A stretch of DNA of 53,351 bases, taken from a virus. Every line of letters begins with the position of its first letter. Position 1 is the first letter of the stretch. The position numbers and the translations under genes were made by a program. The notes below the pieces were generated by a model. The model saw only the letters and a list, made by a program, of their open reading frames with translations, was not told the origin of the DNA and searched no databases. The DNA lies in the UHGV virus genome UHGV-0304279. One strand, written 5' to 3'. This document shows positions 9,798 through 18,804 of this stretch, piece after piece.

Positions 9798-10988
9798 ATG
9801 CTTACGGACACCAGGTTAAGGACCATCGCCAACAAGCCATACGACGGCCCAGGCGAGATAGCTGATCGTGATGGCCTGTCAGCCAGGATAAGCCCAAAAG
9901 GGAAAATTACTTTCCAGTACCGTTACAGATTCAACGGTAAGCCAGTGCGAATGAAGATCGGCGAGTACGGGAAAATGAGTCTGAAAGACGCCCGCTACGC
10001 GGTGGCTGAATACAGGGAGTTGCTTACGAAAGGGAAGAATCCGGCACTGTGCGTAAAGCAGGCCATAGCCTTTGAGCAGGGCAAGCGATCTATATCCGAC
10101 GTAGTGGAAGACTATCTATCCCTGCCGAACGTCATTAAGCTGGTGGCATATAAAGAAGTCAAAAGCGCATTGATGCGCCACGTAGTCAACAAGTACGGCG
10201 ACTACATAGCTGACGACGTAACGACAAAACAGTGGATGGATATATTTGGCGAGATCACGAAGGCGGGGCACGCCGTTACGGCAGGTTTGATATTGAAGCG
10301 AATGAAAATCATCGTTAACAGCGCAATCAGGCGCGGGATAATGACTAACACAGCGATAAACAATATCCGTGTAGCTGACGTTGGCGAGCATTATGCTGTG
10401 GGTGAACGTTACCTATCATGCGAGGAAATAGGCCACTTCTGGCGTACTGTAGACAGTTCGCAGATCTATCCGCAGAACAAAATAGCCTTAAAGCTATTGT
10501 TGCTCACCGGGTGCAGGGTGGGAGAATTACAGAAAATGAGAAGGGAACACCTGGACCTGGACAACGGTGTGTGGACCGTTCCGGCGGCGGTGGCGAAGAC
10601 AAGAAGTGAAATCAGGCGGGGATTATCTGACTTGTCGATAAAAATGCTCAGGGAGGTGTTAGCCTCCCATGAGTATGATTATGTGTTCCCGCCAGTGATT
10701 AACGGCGGCAACAGGCCAGTAAACGCATCGGTGATAAAGGTTGCTGCAATCTTCGTGCGTAAAAGGATGGGCGGTAAATCATGGTCCTGTCACGACCTCC
10801 GCAGGACGTGCCGGACACACCTTTCGGCTATAGGTGTCCCAGTACATATTGCAGAAAAGATCTTAGGCCATTCATTAAGGGGAATACTGGCGGTGTACGA
10901 CAAATACGATTATCTTGACGAACAAAAGGAGGCACTAAATAAGTTTGCTGATTATGTATTATCTTTAGCTGACGTTAAACCAATCTGA
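9798..10988 (+). CDS. int: tyrosine integrase (P4-like)
   Basis: Catalytic motifs TGCRVGEL (Arg), HDLRRT (His-x-x-Arg), LGHS (His), AVYDKY (Tyr); N-terminal arm-binding-like domain; RBS GGGGG before ATG 9798. Confidence 0.9.
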   Translation: MLTDTRLRTIANKPYDGPGEIADRDGLSARISPKGKITFQYRYRFNGKPVRMKIGEYGKMSLKDARYAVAEYRELLTKGKNPALCVKQAIAFEQGKRSISDVVEDYLSLPNVIKLVAYKEVKSALMRHVVNKYGDYIADDVTTKQWMDIFGEITKAGHAVTAGLILKRMKIIVNSAIRRGIMTNTAINNIRVADVGEHYAVGERYLSCEEIGHFWRTVDSSQIYPQNKIALKLLLLTGCRVGELQKMRREHLDLDNGVWTVPAAVAKTRSEIRRGLSDLSIKMLREVLASHEYDYVFPPVINGGNRPVNASVIKVAAIFVRKRMGGKSWSCHDLRRTCRTHLSAIGVPVHIAEKILGHSLRGILAVYDKYDYLDEQKEALNKFADYVLSLADVKPI

Positions 10989-11182
10989 TCAAAGAACTGC
11001 ATCACGTCCTGATAGCGGTACATAACGCCACGCCCGGTCCCAAGTGCATCAACAGGGGCCGGAAATGGAGTGCCGTTCCGTTCCCACTTTTTACGCCATA
11101 AGTAAAATGTCCCCCTGCTAATTCCACCAAGCATCCGGCAGATGGCAGGGCGACTAAGAAGTATTGTTCCGGTTTTATCCAT
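10952..11182 (-). CDS. xis: excisionase / AlpA-like DNA-binding protein
   Basis: 76 aa, convergent with and overlapping the int 3' end; HTH-like segment ICRMLGGISRGTFYLWRKK; RBS GGGAGGT. Confidence 0.65.
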   Translation of the reverse strand: MDKTGTILLSRPAICRMLGGISRGTFYLWRKKWERNGTPFPAPVDALGTGRGVMYRYQDVMQFFDQIGLTSAKDNT

Positions 11183-11838
11183 TATTTACCTCCCGTGTAT
11201 TCAACGTGTCCGATACATCCATCAATAATAGCTTGCGCCATATTGCGATAATCGCACGAAAACTCATTGTCGCGGTCAAAGCAAATCTCTTTCGCTGCGT
11301 CTTCACCGATAACCTTAGTAGCCAGTGCGAACGCAATTTCAGCCAGTGCTTTTTCTTTCGGATCAACGTATAAAAAATAATTATAAAAACCCCATTCAAT
11401 AGCATTTTCTTTCAGTATGCTGCCTTTTTCAGTGTATACCCCGTATTTATCACCGATAAATTTAAACATTACAATCCCAATGAGATAGCCATCAGGATAA
11501 TAACACTCCAACCACACGCCGCACGGCGGCTTTTCTCCTGGTTTCCATTCCGTTACTTCCGGTTTATCGCAATCATGCCGCTCATCTTCGATTAATTCAT
11601 CAATGATTTCACTTTCTTTATTCATGCCATCATCATCTTTATTAGATAAATTAGCATATTTATCAAACTTCCAGCTTGCCGCCATAACAGAATAAGTGCC
11701 GCCAGTATCAGCGCGAACGCCAAAAAGGAAAGATGATCCATATTGGTATTCGCTGCGGTATGTAGCAACCTCAAAAGAAGGGTAAATTTCTGGATTTGTA
11801 CGATGGCGAATTATGCCAATTGCTTTAAGTTTGTTCAT
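11182..11838 (-). CDS. hypothetical protein (accessory, unknown function)
   Basis: 218 aa, RBS GAGGT; coupled to xis. Confidence 0.5.
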   Translation of the reverse strand: MNKLKAIGIIRHRTNPEIYPSFEVATYRSEYQYGSSFLFGVRADTGGTYSVMAASWKFDKYANLSNKDDDGMNKESEIIDELIEDERHDCDKPEVTEWKPGEKPPCGVWLECYYPDGYLIGIVMFKFIGDKYGVYTEKGSILKENAIEWGFYNYFLYVDPKEKALAEIAFALATKVIGEDAAKEICFDRDNEFSCDYRNMAQAIIDGCIGHVEYTGGK

Positions 11839-12045
11839 TTATTTTACCTCAATAATATTTCCGTTTTTGGTTGGAATAACTTTCCATTCATTAACAGGAA
11901 TAAAATATTCAGGATTATTTTCAATCTCATGTTTTAAATGTGCGTAACATATTCGCCATTCCATAGCCTTGTCGTTCAGGTAATAAACATCGTCACCATC
12001 AATCTGATACAAAATACCAGTAGGTTTTGCTTTATAAAATTTCAT
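11839..12045 (-). CDS. hypothetical protein
   Basis: 68 aa; start overlaps the ninB stop (TAATG). Confidence 0.4.
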   Translation of the reverse strand: MKFYKAKPTGILYQIDGDDVYYLNDKAMEWRICYAHLKHEIENNPEYFIPVNEWKVIPTKNGNIIEVK

Positions 12046-12476
12046 TATTGACCCCAGCGTTTTATGAATTCATCGTTTAATTTCGTGTCACCAGACCACT
12101 GAACACCATGTTCAGCGCCGAACGAATATATCAATTCGATTAGTTCGCTGAATTCTGATTTACTCATTCGACTGGTGGATGTTCCCAATACAACGAAGCC
12201 TGATTTATCCAGGTTGGGGACGACGCCATATTTCTTAAGCCCGGCAGTAAATACCGCTTTCCAGTCTTCCGGCGACAGCTTCTTGCCGTACCAATTAACC
12301 TGATCGCTAACGTCTGTTAGCAGCGCCCAAAACAATGCATTTTGGCTTAGCGAGCGGGTTTTCTCCTGAATGGTAATTATCAGCGGGCTTTTGCTATCAG
12401 GCTGGATCTCCCTTATCTGCCTGATAGCGTTTTCTTTTACTGCGTCGTTTACTATTTCAAATCTTATTTGCCTCAT
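12045..12476 (-). CDS. ninB: recombination protein NinB
   Basis: Resembles lambda NinB throughout (ITIQE..RSL.QN...WA.L.DVS.QV.W.G..L..E.WK.VFTA.LK...VVPNL...GFVV.G.STSRM). Confidence 0.8.
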   Translation of the reverse strand: MRQIRFEIVNDAVKENAIRQIREIQPDSKSPLIITIQEKTRSLSQNALFWALLTDVSDQVNWYGKKLSPEDWKAVFTAGLKKYGVVPNLDKSGFVVLGTSTSRMSKSEFSELIELIYSFGAEHGVQWSGDTKLNDEFIKRWGQ

Positions 12477-12670
12477 GATACACCATTACTATTTTTCCAT
12501 TGCGCCCGCGCATACATGATCGCCCATAAAGAAATTAGTCTTGAACTAGACATAAAATCGTTTTTAAGTTTTTTCATATCAATGACGACAGGGCGATCAG
12601 GATCATCTCCGCGCATGTATTCCGCAATCGTGCTCAGGTCTTCAACAGTTAAATCAAGTTCTTTATCCAT
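12473..12670 (-). CDS. hypothetical protein
   Basis: 65 aa; RBS GAGGTGAG; stop overlaps the ninB start. Confidence 0.4.
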   Translation of the reverse strand: MDKELDLTVEDLSTIAEYMRGDDPDRPVVIDMKKLKNDFMSSSRLISLWAIMYARAQWKNSNGVS

Positions 12671-12678
12671 AACTCACC

Positions 12679-12885
12679 TCACACAATGCGCATTGTGTTT
12701 CGTAATTCACCGCGCAGCGCCTGTAACGCTTCACGAATTGGAACAAAAACCCGTTTAAATTTTACGTGTCTGTACTTGCGCATAAGTGGAGGTGTATAAA
12801 CCATCGCGCCGCGAGAATCGCACGGGAAACGGAAATGTGATTCATCAATGAATGTTTCAACTGAATAAAAGATTACCCGTCTCAT
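12679..12885 (-). CDS. hypothetical protein
   Basis: 68 aa; coupled to the upstream gene. Confidence 0.35.
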   Translation of the reverse strand: MRRVIFYSVETFIDESHFRFPCDSRGAMVYTPPLMRKYRHVKFKRVFVPIREALQALRGELRNTMRIV

Positions 12886-13439
12886 AATTCTAACCCCGTT
12901 TCGCTGTTAAGTTTTTCGATTTCAAATACTGGTTTATCCGGCAGCAGGCCGTTTTTTCTCCGGTATTCGTTAAGGCGGCTGTCAAAATCAAACGCAAGAT
13001 CATTAGCGTGACCGAAGCGCCCAGGCTTAAACAGTGAGTAAAAATTAAGTCCGTGTTTATTGGTATCAATGCAAAGCGTTTCATCAAGGACCATTAAACG
13101 CAGAGTGCGAGAAAGATAATTCCACGGGATACCAGTTTCAGCGCTAATGTCACGCATACGTTTTTTGACGCTGTAGTCACTAAATAACGCCGCCACACGA
13201 TCACGACGTTGTGCATACAAATATTTAATCCGATACCCAAGCAAGCGGCGGCGCGGTCCGAAATATGTATAGACGCGCTCTACAATACCGCTATCTATTA
13301 AGTGTTTAATTGTCTCAGGCAAGCATCCTGCTTCGTCATATTCCGCTGATAATCCTGTTTTCTGGCGTAACTGCTGCATTGTGTCGATGCCATCCAGTTC
13401 AAGGATGTTGATAATTTTTGTTTCAAGTTCAATGCTCAT
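12882..13439 (-). CDS. hypothetical protein
   Basis: 185 aa from ATG 13439 with RBS GAGG; the track ORF extends to a GTG at 13475. Confidence 0.45.
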   Translation of the reverse strand: MSIELETKIINILELDGIDTMQQLRQKTGLSAEYDEAGCLPETIKHLIDSGIVERVYTYFGPRRRLLGYRIKYLYAQRRDRVAALFSDYSVKKRMRDISAETGIPWNYLSRTLRLMVLDETLCIDTNKHGLNFYSLFKPGRFGHANDLAFDFDSRLNEYRRKNGLLPDKPVFEIEKLNSETGLEL

Positions 13440-13518
13440 TGTTTTTAGCCTCAATTTAAGCGCGAAAACAGCCACCAGAAAGCGGTAAACTTTCCGGTAA
13501 GCCGTTTGCTCAAGTTAA

Positions 13519-14940
13519 TTAAAAAGATGCTTTATTCTGGTTGTTTCGTGGCGAGAATCGGCTTACCGCCGGACGTTGTTGCATTGACTGGATGCAAGCT
13601 GACGCCGCGCGGGCCTGGTCACACGGTAATATGTTGCCGTTGTCGTCAAAACGCTGGTAAACAGTCCCGGTTTTTCCGTGACGGTTTTTTGAAACGATAA
13701 TCTCCATGTATTCGCGTGCAACAGATTGTTCGTTGTAGTAGCCGTCGCGGTATACCATGATGATCCGGTCTGCGTCCTGTTCAAGATTGCCGGAATCGCG
13801 CAGATCAGAATTGTTCGGTCGCTTGTTCGGTCGTTCCTCGACGCGGCGGGATAATTGCGCCAGCGCCGCCACTGGTACGCGCAATTCTTTCGCCATCATT
13901 TTCAACGACCATGATAATTGCCCTACAGCGAGATCATGACGTTCGGCCTTAGCCAGCTTCATTAACCCGATGTAGTCAATCATTACCATACCCAGGTTAG
14001 GGTGATCCTGTTTCATTCGTTCGGCGGTGGCGCGTATTTCCTCGACCGTTAACTGTGATGCGTCAACAATCCATACTTCAAGATCAGCAAGTGCGCTCAT
14101 ACCCTGGGCTACGTGCGCCCATCCTTCATCATCAAGTTTTACCGGGTTACGCAGGCAATCAGTTGATAAGTTCCCAGCGCCAGCTATAGCGCGTTCGGTC
14201 ATTTGATCAAGCGACATTTCAAGCGTAAAGAGCAAAACACCGACCCGCTGGCCTTCGCCGCCAGGGTAGGGGCGTTCAGCCGCCGAGCGGGCTATTGCTA
14301 ACGCTAACGCTGATTTGCCAGACCCAGGACGTCCGGCGATAAGCACAAGATCAGTGGCGTTAATGCCGCCTAACATTTCGTCGAGTGGTTCTATCCCTGT
14401 TTTTATGTTGTCAGAATTGACACCGCATTCCATGCGCTTACTTAAAACTTCCGTGTACTCCTGTACTGCGTCGCGCAACAGTACCGGAAGGATCTTGTCT
14501 TTCGTTACCTTTAATTTTGAATACCGGGAATCAAAATCCTTCATCGTCTCCTTGACAACCTCAAGCGTCCCCGTTTCCAGCTTGTAGCGAACGTCTTCCA
14601 TTAGCTCCAGCATTTGCCGCCGCTGGTGTTCTTCCTGTAGTAGCTGCGCGTACCCTTTCAGGTTGGCAGCAGAAGGACACGATCGCGCCGTTTGCATTAG
14701 CGGTATGAAATTTTCGTTACCGATTTCATCACCAACCAATAACGCGTCGATAAGATTTCTGTTTCTGGCTTGCGCCCTGATGATTTCGAACGCGCGCCTG
14801 TACAGAGGAATAGTGAATACATCAGGATCGAGTGTAGCAAGAACATCTTGCGCGTTAGGAGTAAGCCCGCCTAACAGGAGGCCACCTATAACAGCCGCTT
14901 CGCGCTCCTGCCGCAATGAGTTTACTTGCTCAGTTATCAT
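13519..14940 (-). CDS. replicative DNA helicase (DnaB family)
   Basis: Walker A GRPGSGKS, DnaB-like N-terminal domain, RecA-like core; RBS GAGGT. Confidence 0.9.
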   Translation of the reverse strand: MITEQVNSLRQEREAAVIGGLLLGGLTPNAQDVLATLDPDVFTIPLYRRAFEIIRAQARNRNLIDALLVGDEIGNENFIPLMQTARSCPSAANLKGYAQLLQEEHQRRQMLELMEDVRYKLETGTLEVVKETMKDFDSRYSKLKVTKDKILPVLLRDAVQEYTEVLSKRMECGVNSDNIKTGIEPLDEMLGGINATDLVLIAGRPGSGKSALALAIARSAAERPYPGGEGQRVGVLLFTLEMSLDQMTERAIAGAGNLSTDCLRNPVKLDDEGWAHVAQGMSALADLEVWIVDASQLTVEEIRATAERMKQDHPNLGMVMIDYIGLMKLAKAERHDLAVGQLSWSLKMMAKELRVPVAALAQLSRRVEERPNKRPNNSDLRDSGNLEQDADRIIMVYRDGYYNEQSVAREYMEIIVSKNRHGKTGTVYQRFDDNGNILPCDQARAASACIQSMQQRPAVSRFSPRNNQNKASF

Positions 14941-14958
14941 TATGGCATTACCTCATGT

Positions 14959-16077
14959 TTACAAAATGGAATATTCAGGGTAATAAACAAAGCGCCCAAT
15001 TTCTCCATGAGCCGGGCTGTAAATAATCACCGCCGCCAGCCGCCGTGAACGCCAGCCGCCATTCGTCGAGTAAGCATCTTTGCCAGCTAACGTTCCGTGA
15101 TACTCGACAACGCCTAACGATGATTCAATCAGCCGCTGGTGATGCCAGTGTCCGCAATGAGCGTAAACCGACGACGATTTACCGAAATCCTCCCGCCAGT
15201 CAGAAACACAGGCAGCAAGTAAGGTTTCTGGTTTTTTGATGGTGTGTCCGTGGTGGTAAGCAAGGAATGTTTTTCCGTATTGTGTGTGGTGGACGATAGC
15301 AGGGGACACATCAACCGTTACGCGCGGTTCATCTTCGTAAAAAGCCGCCAGCGCCGCACGTAGCCAAATCATCCCCGACTGATCGTGATTGCCGGATAAC
15401 ACCTGGATCTCGACGCCCTTATGGTTTAACAACATTTTCCCCACCGCACGCCGGACCGACCGGATCGCCACATAAACAAGTTTTGCGTAGCGTGAATCGC
15501 AATCTAAGACGTGATTACTTGATGGCGTCACTGGTAATAGCCCGTCCGTGTGAAGCACATCACCGCCGAGAAGCAATACAGCTTTTTCAGACGTTGGTGC
15601 AGCGCCTACAGCGTAGTCAAAGAAGTCATTTAACACGCGTTCAGCGATCCCGGTGTCGTAGCTTTCTCCGCATTCAGCTTTATGCGCAAGCGCCCCGATA
15701 TGCAGATCGAATACCGGATAAAGGGCCAGGCTTTTCTGAAAATCAATTTCCGGCACTGGCACGGCTTCCGCGCGCGGCATTTCTTCCGTAAATGCGTCAC
15801 AAGCTGCCTGCATTAGCCTTTCCATTTCCTCACGGTCACGGGCCGTTTTAATCCAGCGCATGATTACATTGCCATCTTTATCAACGAGCAATGATTCACC
15901 ATTGACACCAAAACCCGGCGCGCGGCGCGTGGATATTAAACCGCGTTTCGCCAGCCGTGCGCCCAGGCGCTCGACGTTGCGTTTTGCCATGCCGTACTTC
16001 TCAGCGATCTGTTTATACGTCAGGCCGCTGTTATGTTCAGCGATTAATTCCTCATCGCTGATCTTTCTTTGTGACAT
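14959..16077 (-). CDS. HTH domain fused to calcineurin-like metallophosphoesterase (SbcD/Mre11-type motifs)
   Basis: N-terminal LTYKQIAEKYGMAKRNVERL HTH; phosphoesterase motifs DLHIG, GGDVLH, GNHD, GHWHH; ATG at 16077 with RBS GAGGA. Confidence 0.6.
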   Translation of the reverse strand: MSQRKISDEELIAEHNSGLTYKQIAEKYGMAKRNVERLGARLAKRGLISTRRAPGFGVNGESLLVDKDGNVIMRWIKTARDREEMERLMQAACDAFTEEMPRAEAVPVPEIDFQKSLALYPVFDLHIGALAHKAECGESYDTGIAERVLNDFFDYAVGAAPTSEKAVLLLGGDVLHTDGLLPVTPSSNHVLDCDSRYAKLVYVAIRSVRRAVGKMLLNHKGVEIQVLSGNHDQSGMIWLRAALAAFYEDEPRVTVDVSPAIVHHTQYGKTFLAYHHGHTIKKPETLLAACVSDWREDFGKSSSVYAHCGHWHHQRLIESSLGVVEYHGTLAGKDAYSTNGGWRSRRLAAVIIYSPAHGEIGRFVYYPEYSIL

Positions 16078-16206
16078 AACGTTATTCCTCATGTTTACAG
16101 AATGTATATTTATTTTCCGTAAAACGCGCTACAACGCAAAATCCCACCGCGTAACCCACTTGTAAGAGTGCAGTGTCTTTCTTGCGTCAGAGGCGCTATC
16201 AGGTGG

Positions 16207-16440
16207 CTATTTTTTGATTTTTAAGATGACATAAACGTTAGCTTGTTGGCGTCCATGCAATTTACTCCTGCAAATGGCTATTACTCCGGCCTGTTCCAGA
16301 GATCGGATCGCTAGCTTAACACTTTGCCGACTCACTCCCAACCTGTCAGCAAGCATGATAAGTGATATTTGATAACCTCCCGTCCGGCAATGCACAGCCA
16401 GCAGATCGTAAACTTTACGCTCAGTTTTGGTTAATTTCAT
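16207..16440 (-). CDS. small winged-helix DNA-binding protein
   Basis: 77 aa with HTH-like segment LADRLGVSRQSVKLAIRSLEQAGVI. Confidence 0.45.
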   Translation of the reverse strand: MKLTKTERKVYDLLAVHCRTGGYQISLIMLADRLGVSRQSVKLAIRSLEQAGVIAICRSKLHGRQQANVYVILKIKK

Positions 16441-16567
16441 GAAAAGCCCTTAAACGCTCTATAACGAAGAAAACGCATTAAGCCAAGCAAGTCTAGCACT
16501 TGATATGTTTTATCGCGTTAGTGGCGCGTTTAAGTGGGTTATTTGGGGTTTTTGTGAAGCTTGGTAG

Positions 16568-17560
16568 TCAAAGAGCGCCAGCGCGGGTGTCGCGTAGCGT
16601 TTTTGGTTTTAGTAAGAAATCTAGTGTCGCAGTGAAGCCATTGCCGAAGTAAAAATCTGAGGCCGTATTTTTGAACGCTTCGAAGTAGCTGATAAAGCCT
16701 TTGATGCTTTTATCTTTCAGGTAGTCAGAGAACGCATAAATTTTACGTTCCAGATCCCGATCAAGTTCAGCAGGTGGTAACAGGCCATCAAACGTGCTGT
16801 TAAATGCTTCCACTACGTCGGCGGCGTTTACAGTAGCTGATAGCTTGCGCCATTGTTCAGCATCAGCCAGATACCCATCGAATTTAGTTACCCGGCAAAT
16901 GTTAATAGGCTTAGGCACTCCACCACGACTACGCCATTGAGTCAAAGCCCATTCAATTACTAATGTGATCTCATCCTCCGTATATGCCTTACGTGTTTTT
17001 GTTTCTGTCAGTAGTTCGATAAATGGTTTTGCGTCACGACATTTGCATCCTGCCTTGTCGTTGTAGAAGGCTAGGCAACGCAATGCTGCCAAATTAGCCG
17101 CCTGATCTTCTTCGCTAATAGGCCCGTCTTTTTCCAATACACGGAGTGTATTGTTTTTAATGTTCTCTTTACTGGTTATATATGACTGATTAGGGTGTCT
17201 CTCTGACACTACCCCCGGTGTCACAGTGACACTACCCTGGTGTCTCTCTGACACTACCCCCGGTGTCTCTCTGACACTACCCTGTAATGATGGTAAGACG
17301 ATTACATAGAAGTTACTTGTTTGCTCTTTTCCTCCTATTAGATATCGAGGTTGCTTAATCAATAACCCTTTCTCACAAAGAGCATCAATAGCCCGCATAG
17401 CTGTGCTTTTGCCTATTTCGCATTGCTTTGCTATGTGCTGGTAAGAAGGGTAACATTCGCCGTTATCGTTAGCGTTATCAGCCAACTTTAACAGCACAAG
17501 TTTGTGCATTGGGTTGCCGACTTCAGTATGAAAGACTTCAACCATTAGCCGCATACTCAT
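16568..17560 (-). CDS. replication initiator (lambda O-like) with internal origin
   Basis: N-terminal winged-helix segment (YPSYQHIAKQCEIGKSTAMRAIDALCEKGLL); iterons embedded in the coding sequence as in lambda ori; ATG 17560 with RBS GGAGG. Confidence 0.7.
   Translation of the reverse strand: MSMRLMVEVFHTEVGNPMHKLVLLKLADNANDNGECYPSYQHIAKQCEIGKSTAMRAIDALCEKGLLIKQPRYLIGGKEQTSNFYVIVLPSLQGSVRETPGVVSERHQGSVTVTPGVVSERHPNQSYITSKENIKNNTLRVLEKDGPISEEDQAANLAALRCLAFYNDKAGCKCRDAKPFIELLTETKTRKAYTEDEITLVIEWALTQWRSRGGVPKPINICRVTKFDGYLADAEQWRKLSATVNAADVVEAFNSTFDGLLPPAELDRDLERKIYAFSDYLKDKSIKGFISYFEAFKNTASDFYFGNGFTATLDFLLKPKTLRDTRAGAL
17194..17283 (+). repeat. origin of replication iterons (four copies of about 22 bp)
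   Basis: Four tandem copies of GGTGTC(TCTCT/ACAGT)GACACTACCC(C/T), each with inverted repeat GTGTC..GACAC, inside the initiator gene. Confidence 0.75.
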
Positions 17561-17782
17561 AAACATTGGCCTCCTATGGTTAAAATGAACGCGCGGGCGG
17601 GTATCCAATTAGCATTAGATAGCGGTGAGTGACCGCTTAACAGATCCCGCCGTTGCGTGATATTTGTCTTTCGCTTCGCAGCGACACCGGATTTTTAAAG
17701 AGCATGAGGTATGCGCCTTTTTGTGCTATTCCGTTATCTTTTTTCTTGCGTCTTTGCAACTATGGCCTTACCTTGTCTGCAA

Positions 17783-17840
17783 GTTTACAGAATGGAGTTT
17801 TTAGATCAAGACTTGAAAAATACATTTTGTGACTTGTATC
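17783..17840 (+). promoter_or_regulatory. candidate promoter/operator region upstream of the repressor gene
   Basis: Motif copies GTTTACAGAATGG (17783) and TACATTTTGTGAC (17821); -35-like TTGAAA (17811-17816) and -10-like TATCAA (17835-17840). Confidence 0.35.
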
Positions 17841-17868
17841 AAACTTTTTGAGGTTATAGGGTAGCGAC

Positions 17869-18516
17869 ATGAAAACAAAATGGTATGACTTAGCAAAGCA
17901 GCTCATGCGAGCGCAAGGCATGAGCCAGGATTCACTCGCGGATCTCATGGGGATAACTAAAGGCGGCCTGTCACACTGGCTTAACGGTCGCCGCGAGCCA
18001 AATCTTGAAGATATTGCGCGGATTATGCGGGCACTTGGTCGTCGGCAGTTCACTGTTACCCATGATGGAATGGTCATTGATGATTCTGTTTCTAACACGT
18101 TACCGGGAGCGCCGCAGCGTGATTTAGGCAGTTACCCGGTTGTTGACTGGAAGGACACAGTAAACAATATGGAAGATACAAGGCGATCAACATTACCACA
18201 CGTTACGACTAGCGTTATTTGTTCAGATGATAGTTACTGGCTGGTTGCTAAAGGTGAATCAATGAACGCGCCGCAGGGGTTGAGCATCCCTGCCGGGACG
18301 ATGATACTTGTTGACCCACACGCGCCAGCTATCGATGGAAAGCTGGTTATAGCACAGCTTGAGGAAGGGCAAATACCGACGTTTAAACAGTTGATTATTG
18401 ATGGAGGTCAAAGGCTTTTACGTTCGCTTAACCCGCTGTATCCACCAATCCCCATGAATCCTGAATCGAAAATCATAGGCGTGGTGGTGGACGCGAAGAT
18501 CGTAAACCTGCCATAA
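17869..18516 (+). CDS. CI-like repressor (HTH XRE plus S24 LexA-like peptidase domain)
   Basis: N-terminal HTH (SQDSLADLMGITKGGLSHWLNGRR); C-terminal S24-like segment with GESM and a later Lys; 215 aa. Confidence 0.8.
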   Translation: MKTKWYDLAKQLMRAQGMSQDSLADLMGITKGGLSHWLNGRREPNLEDIARIMRALGRRQFTVTHDGMVIDDSVSNTLPGAPQRDLGSYPVVDWKDTVNNMEDTRRSTLPHVTTSVICSDDSYWLVAKGESMNAPQGLSIPAGTMILVDPHAPAIDGKLVIAQLEEGQIPTFKQLIIDGGQRLLRSLNPLYPPIPMNPESKIIGVVVDAKIVNLP

Positions 18517-18522
18517 AAAATT

Positions 18523-18547
18523 AGCCGCCGAATGGCGGCTTTTCTTT
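18523..18547 (+). terminator. rho-independent terminator after the repressor gene
   Basis: AGCCGCC-gaat-GGCGGCT followed by TTTCTTT. Confidence 0.7.
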
Positions 18548-18626
18548 GCCCTGAAAACACCAAAACGTAAACATAAAACGTGTTTTATTATTTAAATATC
18601 AATGACATATAAAATATTTTAAAAAA

Positions 18627-18669
18627 GTATACAAAATGGATTGACTCGGTGTATCACGGGGCGTATATT
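18627..18669 (+). promoter_or_regulatory. candidate sigma70 promoter of the rightward operon with upstream motif copy
   Basis: -35 TTGACT (18641-18646), 17 bp spacer, -10 TATATT (18664-18669); motif GTATACAAAATGG immediately upstream. Confidence 0.5.
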
Positions 18670-18804
18670 TCGAGGCAAAGGAGGTAGCAAGGCAGGGGAA
18701 AGAAGGTTACTTGCTCTTTAACAATCTGGTCAGCCGCTGGAAGTGCGGCAATTAATGAAGATGATTTTTATTAAGTATCATCATGGATATAAGGAGATCA
18801 GATT

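Noticed and set aside
13563-15314. Antisense and overlapping ORFs within the helicase and phosphoesterase genes (13563-13784, 13757-13939, 14315-14587, 14663-14983, 15045-15239, 15129-15314)
   Set aside because: Embedded in confidently called genes and lacking independent support.
17194-17283. CRISPR array considered for the iteron block and for the mini-gene array
   Set aside because: Repeats are contiguous without unique spacers (iterons) or are diverged coding units with start and stop codons (mini-genes); no CRISPR-like repeat-spacer architecture exists in the window.
17760-18098. Minus-strand ORF of 112 aa overlapping the repressor gene start
   Set aside because: Antisense to a confidently called HTH-S24 repressor and without a convincing RBS; the translation is Arg/Ser-rich noise.
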